Of a DNA stretch of 64,000 nucleotides, positions 47,499 to 61,000 are shown piece after piece. The notes beneath the pieces were generated by a model, which had not been told where the DNA came from, did no database searches, and saw nothing but the letters and a program-made list of their open reading frames with translations. Position 1 is the first letter of the stretch, and the number at the start of each line of letters is the position of its first letter. The translations under genes were made by a program, and so were the position numbers. The stretch comes from Macrostomum lignano (taxonomy: Eukaryota). The DNA is taken from assembly GCA_002269645.1 (NCBI GenBank), contig NIVC01001346.1, forward strand, positions 124,001 through 188,000, given 5' to 3'.

Positions 47499-49826
47499 CT
47501 ACTCCGCCTTCTTCCCGTTACCATTGCTGACAGCGTGGGCCAAGCGCTCCTTCGAATGGGCGCCATTCTGGTGTCCATTCTGCTTCTGCTGCTGCTGCTG
47601 CAGCCGTCTTCCCGCGGCGTAAGCTTTAACGTAGAAATTGGCGAATAGAATCAGAAATATAACAGCATAGGATAGAATCCACCAGGCAAACACGATAGGA
47701 TAATTGCATGGAATAAAGAACAGCTGGCAAGAGTGCACAGTGACTAGCAGGAACTGGCCAATCTGCATTTTAGTCATGTACCGTTTCCACCAGACTGTGT
47801 AGCCGGCCGCTGCCAGGCCGTAGTACATGTACATGAGGAAGTGGATAAACGAGTTCAGCATAGCGTGGAATGTGCCAAATCCGCCAGGTACAAAATAGAC
47901 GCCGAACCACCAGGAGGCCGGCATGATGGCGTGGTGAAACACGTGTAGAAATGACACCTGGTTGAACTTTTTCCTGCCAGGGCGAATTCAAAGCAGAAAT
48001 TCAATAATTTGATACTAAAATCCAAGCGCATTGCAAAGCTAGCCACGTACAAAGGACAAATATGTAAAATAGGCTCACTGGCCCTTGGCCCTGTTGTTGA
48101 GGAAAGAGAAAAAACTTGATACTTGCAAAAAAACATTCGGTGCCCGCTTATCTCGTACAGCTAGAGACGGGACTCCACACTTCAGAAGGTAATAAGGAAA
48201 ATAAAGTGGCACCACTAAGAGACATTTTAATCGGATCCAAAGGCCTCTGTGCACCCTCTTAACACCCAACAGTTCCAAGCTATCAGATATCATCCATTTA
48301 AATGACACATCAAATGTCAAAATTGACACTGGGATGGGGGCTGTACAATAGGGCTTAGCGAGGGCTAATGATGGACACTGAGGGACAGGGGATCGAAGGT
48401 TAATGATGGACACTGAAGGACAGTGGTGGGTACCGAAGGTTAATGATGGAAACTGAAGGACAGGGGTGGGGGGATCGAAGGTTAATGATGGACACTGAAG
48501 GACAGTGGTGGGGGATCGAAGGTTAATGATGGACACTGAAGGACAGAGGATCAAAGGCTAATGATGGACACTGAGGGACAGGGGATTGAAGGTTAATGAT
48601 GGACACTGAAGGACAGTGGTGGGTACCGAAGGTTAATGATGGACACTGAAGGACAGTGGTGGGGGATCGAAGGTTAACGATGGACACTGAAGGACAGTGG
48701 TGGGGGATCGAAGGTTAACGATGGACACTGAAGGACAGTGGTGGGGGATCGAAGGTTAATGATGGACACTGAAGGACAGTGGTGGGGGATCGAAGGTTAA
48801 TGATGGACACTGAAGGACAGTGGTGGGGGATCGAAGGTTAATGATGGACACTGAAGGACAGTGGTGGGGGATCGAAGGTTAACGATGGACACTGAAGGAC
48901 AGAGGATCAAAGGCTAATGATGGACACTGAGGGACAGGGGATTGAAGGTTAATGATGGACACTGAAGGAGTGGTGGGGGATCGAAGGTTAATGATGGACA
49001 CTGAAGGACAGGGGATCAAAGGCTAATGATGGACACTGAAGGAGTGGTGGGGGATCGAAGGCTAATGATGGACACTGAAGGAGAGGGGATCGAAGGCTAA
49101 TGATGGACACTGAAGGACAGGGGATCAAAGGCTAATGATGGACACTGAAGGACAGAGGATCAAAGGCTAATGATGGACACTGAGGGACAGGGGATCGAAG
49201 GTTAATGATGGACACTGAAGGAGAGGGGATCGAAGGCTAATGATGGACACTGAAGGACAGGGGCATCATGGTAAAATTGACACTAAAGGACATTGATTTT
49301 AGAGGGTGAAAATGCGAGTCTAGCTATGCGAGACTGAAAAGACGGCAAGGTCGAAATCGGCACTGAGGAACTGAAGGATAGAAGATCAAATCACACTGAA
49401 TGAAAAAGAATCAGTACAATAAAGAAGGGTGACAAACCTGAGCACAAAGAACACGGTATCGGCCAGTTCAATAAACTTAGAGAAATAGAACAGATAGCAG
49501 GCTCTGGCCATCCTAGTAGCCTGTGGCGAGTTGGAATAGTCAACAGGCTGACAGCCGAGGCTGTAGCCGGCCAGCCAGCCAGAGGCCAGGAACTCGAATA
49601 CCAGATAGCCGCTAAGGGCGACCATGCAGAAATTGTACACAATCATTGGGTAGCGCAGGCCCATTGCTTGGCGATTCTGCATGGCCCGCATGCCCACGAT
49701 GATAGCTAATACATAGAGAAGGCAGATCAGAGTGGATGGTATTGGGCTTGCCATTAGAAACCAATCGCGGGTTCTTGGATCGCCAAGCTTCATCAAATCG
49801 TTATACTTCTCAGTTAGTGCTTCCAT
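47499..49826 (-). CDS. ELOVL7: Very-long-chain fatty acid elongase, ELOVL1/7 type, 287 aa, 2 coding exons
   Basis: Exons 49826-49438 (AG|GTTTGT) and 47973-47499 (CAG|G), joining as VLR|KKFNQVSFLHVFHH. Motifs DPRTRDWFLMASP, KFIELADTVFFVLRKK, HxxHH box, FHAMLNSFIHFLMYMYY, C-terminal KKAE di-lysine ER signal. ELOVL1 vs ELOVL7 cannot be resolved. Confidence 0.93.
48365..49265. repeat. 36-41-bp minisatellite (GATCGAAGGTTAATGATGGACACTGAAGGACAGTGGTGGGG) in the ELOVL intron
   Basis: Period 41 (48721 vs 48762). Confidence 0.95.
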
Positions 49827-51599
49827 GCCTCTTACTAGTGCGCTAAGTTTATAGACGCATGAAAAATAGGATTTGCTCATAAAACAATTTTGTACTTTAC
49901 TTTCTGCATAACTTTTTTCATTGGCAAATTTGTAATTGTTTGAAATCAATTGTGCCTATACAATCTGTGCCTAATTGAACTGCTTGGTTCAATTGTTTAA
50001 TCACCATAAAAATTGTGCTTGGCTACAGTGCTAAAAGGGATGGCCAGATTGTTAGGTTAGGCCACCCCTCTAGACATGTTTTTTACCCCTCTCTTAGCAG
50101 GTCTATCGCCTTGCCTTTGTCCCCTTTGATTGAAACTGTTATTGTGTATGCAAATTAATGTGACTTATACTGAAAGAATGAATCCCCAGATTCTAGGTTT
50201 AGTTTGTGTTATGACATATCTACTTTTCAAGATCCATTAAGAGTTGTTTGCCAAGTGTATCCTATCAAATTTGCCTATATAGTATATTTTGCTCATAGGT
50301 GAATTGCCTGTGAGCAAATTGGCTACTGAGCTTTTCCTGCCAATGTTAAACCACAATGTTTTTTAACTGTAGTGCATTTAGCCATATATAGATTTTGTTT
50401 GCACTTCTTCCAATGTTAGTAAATCTTAATAAAAAGAATTTTAATGTTTCAATAATAACTGCATTACAGCATATCAAATGTTTATTTTTCTTATAGGTTT
50501 TCATTTCTATATGTACAACTATATAGGAGTATAGTATACATATAAGGAATTATTTCATGTATATGCCATGTTGCTTTGTCTATTAAATGTCTTTATTAAG
50601 ATTTACTAAGTATTAGAGGCATTGCAAACAAAATCTGCTATCAATTTTATATTATTATGTCTTATATTTGTTGAAATTTATTTTTTTAGGCCCTGTACTA
50701 TTTGTCGGATAAGCTACACTGCTATATTTCTAGTTTTATAATAATTTTTTTATAATTTTATAATTTTATATTATTTTTTTTTTATAATGAATATTTTTAT
50801 CATAAATAGGTATATAGGCATAGCCAAAATTTTCTAACTAATGGATATGGATCTAGCAGTGGTATTCTAGTAGTGCAATTTATAGGTAAAATAAGCCTAT
50901 AGCAAAAACATTTTCTTAATAGGTGGTTGGTTGATATTGAAATTTTGTTCAAGATAAGATCAAAATGATATGATAAGATTCAAAACAAGATACTTCTAAT
51001 ATTCAGACTTCAACAGTAATTAACTACCTGCAGGAGACTGCCAAATCCATAGCTATTCCAATAGGTTCCAATAGGCCCTACTAGAATTCTAGCCATTGCC
51101 ACCAAGATTTATATCAGAGGGAAAAGAGACATCAATCCATCTTCAATGTTAGCAATGGAAGCAAAACACAAAGGCAGTAAAAAATCCCACAAGGATTGTG
51201 ATGATTTTGATCAGTGACTGTTTAGTGACTTTTGTATATTATTTTGCAACTTTAATTAATTCTATGGTCATCATATACAGGATGATTTTAGCCCTCTAGC
51301 TCAGGGCTAGGCTGGTCCTAACAGTTATCTGATACTTAGGCTTACTGGCTCAGTGCAAACAGAACAAGATTCAATAACGCATTATTTAACTCAAATAAAT
51401 ACTTGAGCTCCCTACTGTAACTATACAATCATAGATGACATTATAATGTGAGCAAAAAAAGATAAAAACAGTAAAGCAGTGGCCAGTGCTGCAATTTCTT
51501 AATTCAGTAAAATTTCAGGCGTGAATGGAATGGGAGCAAAAGTCACGACATTGGCCAGGGCAAAGATACTCGATTGGATGATAAAGAACTCTACTATTA

Positions 51600-51700
51600 C
51601 CTGTAAATAATAGCACGTACGCTCACGTCATGCTGAAAGTGGATCGTACCATTTTTTATTATCACGGCGGTCGCACGCGCCATGTGTATTCACAAGAAGT
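51600..51700. promoter_or_regulatory. Candidate bidirectional promoter / first non-coding exons of ELOVL (-) and BCL7 (+)
   Basis: A small CpG-rich patch (TCACGTCA, GCGGTCGCACGCGCC) in AT-rich DNA. Minus-strand donor CAG|GTAATA at 51600 with acceptor TAAG|AGGCATG at 49831; plus-strand GTAAAG donor-like site near 51699 and TTTAG acceptor near 52045, just before the BCL7 ATG. Confidence 0.45.
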
Positions 51701-51865
51701 AAAGTTTTATTTATTATTTTAAAATAAATTTTAATAAAAAACAAAATAAAATAATATTGCAATAAAAACGTTGTTAACTTCAAATAAATTATAGTATTTT
51801 TTGTTTATAACAGTTTTTCTGTAACCAAAATTCAACATGGAACTTTCTTCGACAACGTCAAATCG

Positions 51866-51908
51866 TTGAGTTGAGTTGAGTTGAGTTGAGTTGAGTTGAG
51901 TTGAGTTG
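51866..51908. repeat. (GTTGA)n pentanucleotide microsatellite
   Basis: Directly visible. Confidence 0.95.
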
Positions 51909-52058
51909 ACACAAAAAACTGTCAAATTTATTATTTTTGTTGACAGGTAGCAGAATAAGATAAATATAATCATTAAAGTTGTTCACTGGCAAAATTATTT
52001 TTAATTGTTTATTAATCTTTAAACTCAAGGCAATTTCCAATTTAGTTTTTCGTTCGCT

Positions 52059-55000
52059 ATGTTTAGCCGCGGACTTAGATCTGAGACAAGAAGCAAAGCT
52101 AAAGAAGACCTGAAAAAAATTGTTTCGACTATTGAACATGTTAGAAAATGGTAAGTATAGGTGTTAGACATAATTTTTTGGATGCAAACACTGTTTTTAC
52201 TTGCATTATGTTATGTGTTGGACCATGGCATGGGCTTAGCCACAATACATAGAGGTATTTTTATGGCAGTTTATAAAGAATTTTTACACTATTTCTATAT
52301 GCAAGAACTGTCTGTCACAATTTGGCTAGAGCCTTTTGTACATGAAAATACATGAAAATTTTGCCTAGGCCAGATACTATAAATTATAACATCTAGTTAA
52401 TTGTCTGTTACCAATTTAGGCTATCATATCATGTAGTTTCACACCATAGTCCAGATGGTTTCAATGCATTTCGGTACTCATGCTTTTCGGTGCCCGGCAT
52501 TTCGGTGTCCCAGATTGCCTTTCGGTGCCCCAGTTTATATTACGCCAAAATGATGATAATAAAAAAGAAATCCTATAACAAGTATAATAAATACTTTATA
52601 AAACGTTCAATATTTTTTTATAAAAGCAGTATTAATTTTGTTAAACTGGCACGTTTCTTTAAATTAGAAAAATCCGTTCAATTTAATTGCATACATTTGC
52701 TTTATCCTGCATATACAATATAAGCTAGCTGCACTCAGCAAGCGTGCTAGTGCTATGAAGACTTAGTTAGGAAAGTTAAAATCCATCAACAATGCTACAT
52801 GCCATGCTCCGGAAGGTGACTGGTATGCCGGAGATTTCTGGCATACCAAATGAGTTTTCCGAAAAATTGGCTTACCACCATTGGCATACCACCGATTCAA
52901 AAAAGCATTTGGCGTACCACCTTTGGCGTACCACCAAGCTGAAGTTGAATTGGCGTACCACTTTTAGCGTACCATTGGCACCACCAGGCAAAAAAATCGT
53001 TGCCAGAGTAAAAACTTTTTGTAATTTTGCGTAAATTACGACATACAAGATACGACTACATCACATGACAATGTATTTTACGTAAAAAATTGCATATATT
53101 TTTTCCTGCATTGTATAACTTGATTAATCATTTTATAAATATATTAATAAAATAATTTAGCCTAGTATTATTGGTAAATAAATTTCTGAGCGCTGATTAT
53201 ATCTGTTATTTTTTAATAATTGTTAAAGTTTGTCCGCCATATTTTTACCGTTTTCAAAGTCGAAATTTTTAGTGCCGCAACGTTATACACTGAGGGACCC
53301 CCACGTCTTTCTTTTGGTGTACCACTTGGGAATCCTCCTTTTTCCTTCCGGCGTACCACATTACACCATCCAGACTATGGGCTACATGTAGTTTTGATCA
53401 AAATTATGAAATGTGACAAGTCTACATGTATTTTAGTTAGTATTGATTTTTTGAATCACCCAATCATGTTTTATTTCATAAAACTGCCTAGGAAATGAAG
53501 CAAGTATTATTTAATGAACTGAAATCTTTTTGGGCATAACTATTAGACCATAATCTATAAGATTTTATTACAAGTGCATTTGGGGCATTAGTTTAAAATT
53601 TTGATGTGGCTGAGACGCGCGGCTATAGCGATATAGAAGTAAATATCTCAATAATTCAATAAAAATGATATCTCAATAATTCAGCCTTGATATCTCAACA
53701 ATTCAGCTATCCCTATAAGCCTTGATACCTCAGCAATTCCCATAGTAGGCCTTGACATTGCAGAAATTCCCTTAGTAAGCATAGACATTGCAGCAATTAA
53801 ACTCGAGCCTTGACAGCTGCACAATTCTTTCAGCCCAGTAAGCCTTGACAGCTGCACAATTCTTTCAGCCCAGTAAGCCTTGACATCTCAGCGATTCCCC
53901 CAGTAAGCCTTGACATCTCAGCGATTCCCCAGTAAGCCTTGACATCTTAGCAATTCCCCCAGTAAGCCTTGGCATCTCAGAAATTTCCTCAATAAGCCTT
54001 GGCATCTCAGCAATTCCTCTAATAAGCCTTGGAATCTCAGAAATTCCCCCAGTAAGCCTTGGCATATTATCATAAGCCTCAGAAACCTTGAAATCTACAT
54101 TTCACCAAAAGCTTTGATCTGTAAGAAATTCCACAAAGAGCCAAAGCATTTATATAAGTAATTCACCACATGAGCCTTTAATCTTAGCAATTCCACTAGG
54201 AATCCTTTATGGCTAAAACAACGATTGTTCTATAATGAACCCTAACCCTAACCATAACCTTTAACCTGCAGCCAAGTCACAGCATTTGAGCAACTCCTTC
54301 TCAGCCCAAGAATTTCAGCAATTCCACCATGAGCATTTTGAAATCTAAAAATTCCCCAATGAGCCTTAAAATTTAGAGACTAACCTATCTTGGCAATTCC
54401 ATATAAGTCTTATGGTTGAAAACTAACCCTAACCCTGCCAAGTCATAGCATTTCAGCAAGTCCCACCATGAACCATAGTATTTCAACAATTATCCTTGAA
54501 ATTTTCTGAATTTCAGCTATTCCCTTATGAGCCTTTGACATCTTAGCCAGTCTCATGTGAACTTTAGTATCTCAGCAATACCCAAAGCCACAGTCTATAG
54601 CATTACAGGCTGCTCAGTGTATGGGTTGCATGCAGGCAGAGCCAATGCTCAGTTAAGTGAAATCTATAAATTAGATTTAACTCTGGAGGAACTAATTCAC
54701 AGTCTACAGTTCTTCTCTGGCCAGCATCTCAGTCCCCTCAGAAAACTGCAATTTGCTCAGCATTTTATGGCTTACTAATCAATTTTTGATACATATTGGC
54801 AGTTTTAAAAAGCTCAGCATTTAGCAATACCTTTAAGCAATTTAGTAGCATTGTCTGCAGTTTAGTAATTTTGTACTTTTATGGAGCTAGACAATAGCCA
54901 TTGATGGGATCAGTTATACTTGAAGTAGTTTTTACAAATCAAATTTGATTAGGGACTTGTGCCAAGTAGCAAAAATGAATTGCTAATTAATAAAAAAATC

Positions 55001-58000
55001 TTTCAATTGAAATTAATCAAAAAAATTCAATTAGTCAAGGCCTAAGCTACAAATGAATGAATGAATTTAATTTTAATTATCCGCTGGGGAGGCAGATTCG
55101 AACCTTGGACCTTACACCTATCCTAAACCTAGTCCTAGTGCCTACACTGCGACTACTCCACCTATTGATTGGAGGACAACAGAATCAGCCATATATGCCT
55201 CAATTAGATAACAAGGCATTTAGCCCTAATAAGACAGTCATGTTGCTCTTGCCATTTACCCAAAATTGCATTACTTTTTTACTATATAGGGTTTCTTTCA
55301 TAGGTACGAGGGTCAGTCAAAAAGTAATGATAATATTATTGTCACAAGCTTCAAGCTTCACGCACAAATCTACTTTTCTACATAATCCCCCTCCAGGGTC
55401 AGACACTTTTCCATGCGGTGTCGCCATCTCTCCAGGCCATTCGTGTAGAAGGCAGGAGGCTGCGCAGCAAGCCACTGTACAGTAGCCTTCTTGGCAGCCT
55501 CCTTGCTGTCATGTTGAACTCCCTTGATCGCCTCCTTCAGCTTTGGAAACAAAAAAAAGTCTGAAGGAGCCAAATCAGGGCTGTATGGAGGATGCTGAAG
55601 TATTTCCCAGCGGAAATCTCGCAGAGCCTCCCGGCACAGTTGAGAAATGTGGGCTAGTGCATTGTCGTGGTGGAAGAGCACTCCAGGGTGCAGCTTGCCA
55701 GGTCGCTTTTTGGCCAGTTTGGTGCAGAGCTTTCACAAAAGTGACTCATAGTAGATGGCATTGATGGTTTTCTGGCTTTCTAGGAAGTCAACCATCACAA
55801 CTCCCTCAGCATCCCAGAACACAGTTGCCAAGACCTTCGGAGGGTAAATCAAAGGGTTGTGCATGTATGCTATACCACATAAGCAACTTTTATACAATTA
55901 CTATTTGCACTTAAATTTTCTATGCTATTGCATCATAACTAAATCTAAAGTTCAAAGGCTAAAGTCTAGTTAGTTGGTTAGTTGCCTAAGAACAACTCAT
56001 TTTTAGTATAAAAGAAGATAAATTCTGATCCCTTTTTACCCTGATATTAGTACCTCAAGCCATAATTCTATAGGCTATTACTCTCTAGGTTATATCACAA
56101 TCAGTTTTGATAAGCTGCTGCTAGCCAGGGGCGTAGACCCCTATGACCCCTCCCCTCCAGCCAGCTGATCCAGGCCAAATTTTCAGGGCCCCTTCCCCAT
56201 CGCTGAAGCCCAATCCTCCCTTCCTTCAGTTGCCACTGTGAGCCTGTGACTGACTGTGACCTCCCCCAGAAGGAAATCCCGGCTATGTCACTGCTGTTAG
56301 CTTGTCAAAAGGCACATCTAATTGTGCTAGCCTATATATCATATTACAATTCAGAGCTCACTATTAGTTTCTTGTGTTTGCAAAATATTTTATTCTTTCT
56401 TTATATTTTTTATTTTATTTTAATCTGAATATTTTTTACTTCTTACTAATTTTATTCTTACTTCTAAATCAGTAGCATTCTCACTTATTATGTACCAAGC
56501 AGTTTACCATTGCCCTGATCTAGAATATATTTCTTGGGGTGTTTTGTATAAATATTATTTCTTAGTATCTAGGTATTGAACCATATCCAGTCCTTAAGCA
56601 TTACCAAGATTAGAGGGTCACAGAGTTTTTAATTCTTTATACGTACTCTTATTTCTAAGGTCTATTTTGTTTTACTTTAGTCTCTTTCTTAGTATTCTGC
56701 ATTTTAGTAGTATATATGGTATTTATTTCATTCTGAAAAATTCACAGTCTTTAAAACTATTTCTAAGTCTCTAAGTAAAAGTTTTTTAAATTAAAATCTA
56801 AACCTTAAAACAAATTAATTGGCTTATCAACCAGTTTGTTTCTATTTATATTGTTTAGAAGACATAGTCAATAGTAATTCTGAGAGAGTAATAGTAATTT
56901 ATTTATAATTTAAATTTATTTACTATAAAATAGGGTACTCAATTGCATATTTGAGGTAAGATTTTATTAATTTCAAGGTTTTGTTTAGTTAAGTTAGGGG
57001 GTAGTTAGCAGCTATATAGCATGAATGCATGCTTTTTAAAAAGTACAGCAAATTGAATAAATATAAATGTCAAGGTCAATTAATTAAAAAAAACTATTTA
57101 ATTGTAAAAAGAACAATCTATAATTGTATTCTGTTGTAATCAAGTTGTAATTAAGTTCTTGCATTTATAGATTTTCATTTTTAAATATTGCAAGTATTTT
57201 GCATTTTAGCACAGTTTAAATGAAAAATTTCTTGATGCATTCTTGCAACCATATATAATAATACTTTTTATTTACTTTTGTCAAAAGGGTTACTGTTTTA
57301 GGCATTGTAATACAATTTTAAAATTGAATTTTTTATATGCTTTTTTCACTTGATATTAGCAAGTCTTTATAATAATATCATTTTTATATTTATTTTATCT
57401 TCTTTTTTTGAAGATACTGAATAAATACATTTTTGCAAAAGGTATGAGATACAAGCATAGTTTATGGTAATAACTTAAATGTTTCAAAGATAATATTTTG
57501 CATTTCAATAATCATTTGATGGCAATAGACAGTTACAAGAACAAATGTTTTCACTGCCCATGTTTATATAGATTTATCATAGACCTTGGTATTCTTTAAT
57601 TTGCTTAGTGATTTTCTGCTTACTAAATTTCGATGTCTGTGGCCATCCAATGCTTTTGATATAGACAGTAGTATAGTGCGTTTTTTAGTGTAAAAAATGG
57701 GTCCAATGGGACACAGCATAGAAGCAAATAATGAGAGGACAGCAGTTACAACTCGAAGTACATGTGCGTTGTTGCATAGTTCTTGTGTATAGTAGGCGCT
57801 GATGACGAGCAAGGCATTGGTGATTGGGCAGAATCCGTTGCGATATTACTGTGATTGCCATATCCATATTGCTGCGGTTGCTGTTGTTGGACCAGATGTA
57901 ACTGTTGCAGCTGCTGGTGGGGATGATGTAGCTGTTGCTGCTGACGCATCTGCGGCTGATGCGGAGAGTATTGCTGGTGCTGCTGCAGCTGCTGTTGGTA

Positions 58001-61000
58001 GGCTCGAATCTGTCTTACTGAACAGGTGGGCGAGGGACAAGCGGCATTCTGATTCTCGGTCACTAGGGAGACTCCCGCGTGCACAGGGGTGGAGGCGGTC
58101 ACCAGATGTGTTTCGGTCGGATGGCAGCACAGGCAGTCCTTGTACGCGAAGCAGAGTAGTATGGCCGACACGAGCGATTGCAGCAGCAGCAGGCCAATCT
58201 GGCCAGTCTCTTTTATCACAATGTAATGCCCACAGCCTCGGCAGTGTAGCTCAAAATTTGGACTCGGCGTGTACTGCTGCTGTAGAATGAGACTCAACTC
58301 CAGTATGTGCGCGATGCAGAGCAGCACGCCAATAAATGCAATCGCCAATGAAGCGACACAAAAAACTAGGCAGGTATTAATGGAGCATACGGTGCGCGTC
58401 TTGGGTACTGCCATGGTTACAGCGCCGAGTAAAACAAACGGCGCCCCAGTCCAGATACCGATGCCCATTGAGGTGAGGCCGCGCTTTATAATAAATACGG
58501 ACACCTCGGCCAGCATGCAGAGAACGCCGATGCCGAAGCTGGCCCGGCCGCAGTACATGTAAATTGCCGGCCGGGCTATTCGCTGCTGATCGTACACGGA
58601 CTTTTCCTGCGGAGCGTCGCCGTTGCAGAGTTTTCTTTCTTTAGTCATGATAGCAATGGTTAGAAGTCCGGCTTCCCTGCTCGAGTTACGGCGCGTTAAT
58701 TCGGCTTTCAGCTTGGGCAGCAGCTAATTCATATGCCGTTTTTTGCGGTGTTTCTTCTCACACCCCCAGACTGGTGGGCGGAAAAGACAGTTGGCTAAAG
58801 CAAGAGAAAGACAGGCAGCTTAGATGGCTGACTTCGTGACACATTGCGCTCTTTTTAATACCTTCCGGGTAGGTAGCCGGCTGGGAAGGAGCGATGGGGA
58901 GGGAGGTAGACGTGTAGTCTGTCGTCGACTTTCCGCCTTGTCTGTCTCCTTCCTGCCCCACATTCTCCACTTCCCCTTCTCTTCGGCGCCATGCCCTTCT
59001 GACCACTGCGTTGCTTGTGCCGCGAACCTATCCACCTCGGGTACCCGACCACCCCTCCATATCCATGCCTTCATGTTTTCTCTCCGCTTCCCGCTCTGTC
59101 CGTTGCCTTAACACGCTTTTCTTAAAGTCTACCCTTTCCTCCGTGGACCAATCCTTCTGCGATTCTACTCTTCTGTTTCTTAGCTTTACAATCTACACAA
59201 CTTCTGTAGCAGCTACTGCTGACTAAGAATCGCGAATTCGCGGGTGTCGCGAGTGCTTGTGTGCGTTTAAAAAAATTAAAGATATTCTAAAGTTTGTATT
59301 GCTGGAGATGCCCTATTTCCGTCTTTCTAAAAAGTTACGATACAGTGTCAACGAGTTCAGCTCGTGTTATCGCTTGCTGCATAAAAAAGTTGCCTCTTAG
59401 GAATTATAAAAATTAAGTATTGACTATCGATCGATGAAAAGCATAGATGACCAGATGAGAACACGGTTTCTATTATGTAGAAAGAGTTTCTTCCATCCGA
59501 TTATTAACCAGTTGAATGCATCCGACGTTTGGTCCCTTCTTATGCTTGACTTGGAAGTTGAAGCTACGCAATAAAAATTCGCTGGCTTTTATTGTGTATT
59601 ACTAAGTAAAATACTGTTTGAACTACGTGCAAACAGAAAAGGTATTGGGAGCATGCTTATCTTTCGCCTTTTTGGCTTTATTTATTACCGTTGAGGCTGC
59701 CAGTGGCTCAAAGAAAGCAATCATATTTTATGTGCGGCGATTCAGAAAGACTAAAAAGAAGCGTGCCATTATTTTTCTGCCATAAAAACAGATGATGGCT
59801 TTCTTTTATGGCCGGAGTTTAGGATTATGCTGCTTAGCACTCGGCATCATCTTTGACTGGCAGGACTATAGGCCTGAATCGAATATTTCGCATTCCAGCG
59901 CGGTTCTTTGGCCGAATACAAATTTGGTTCTATTCAAATGCAGTATTATATTATAGTGGACACAACTTTATATTTGTTGCCTGTCTGTCATCTGTATTTT
60001 TTACTTCGAGAAGTAAAAAGTTTGTATTGCTAAACCTGATGTTGAAGTATGGGCAAGGCAGTGCTGTCTGTAAGGATGGTTATGGCAATCAAATGAAAAG
60101 AGAGACAGGCGACAGCGGCCGGACAGGGCATCGATGCAAAAGCGATAAGGAAAACTGGTCGGATGATTTAGCTAGTTGATCGTGCACTGCAGCTAAGTAG
60201 GCTTCTTATTGCATTTCTCCTTGTATGGATAGAAGCACGCTATCGCTGAGTCATGCAGCTGGTCGATGGACCAACTTCGCAGAGGGAAGGAGTTGGTAGT
60301 CAGAGATACTATAGGGTAGGAAGAGGGTAAAAATCGCCGGCGAAGCAGAGGCTGTTTGTGCTGGATTTTCAGTAATTCCACTGCAAAGTTCCGGTGACTT
60401 AGCTCTCCAGAGAAGGCCGTATGGAAAGAAAAAATAATAGGGAATGCCAAGGGAATTATTGAAGAGAAGAGAAATAGGCCTGAGCAGCACGTCTTGCATT
60501 AGCTTCCTAACCGCAAGCTGTTTTGAAGGGACCCTAAGCCAAAAACGTAGAGGAAATTAAGCTGATAAGCTTTCTATTGGAAGCAAGGGCTTTGCCTGTT
60601 TTGGACGGTAGGGATTAGAAGTCTCGACTGTATTTGGTTTGCAAATTATTATTGTTGCTGGGTATTAATCATACGAGACAAGAGAATGGTCAAATTCCCA
60701 TTTGGGCTTTGGCTTTCCAGTTGTGGTTTCGCCTTAAATTTCGTTGAACCGTCATTTGCTGCGCATGATTTTGTAACTCTAGAACGCGTCATTTATTTAA
60801 GTTACGTATGCACTTTTGCCTGCCCTGGAATTTTTTAAACGTGCATGGCACTTAAATATTCAATATTCATTCGCATATGCCTCCAGCCTGTCCTAGAGAC
60901 TTTTGAGTGCCTTATAAAGGCTAGAGATAGTCACTTTACCATTGGCTGCTAATCCCATTCACCTTCTATAGTGCACCCTCCTAAAACTTTGACTAAAAAG

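Noticed and set aside
49827-49949. N-terminal extension of ELOVL given by the ORF track (from 49949)
   Set aside because: An acceptor AG lies 4 nt upstream of ATG 49826, and homology to elongases begins at that Met; the upstream AT-rich frame looks intronic.
54235-54440. Telomere-like CCCTAA motifs
   Set aside because: Only 2-3 degenerate copies in AT-rich intron sequence; not an interstitial telomeric array.
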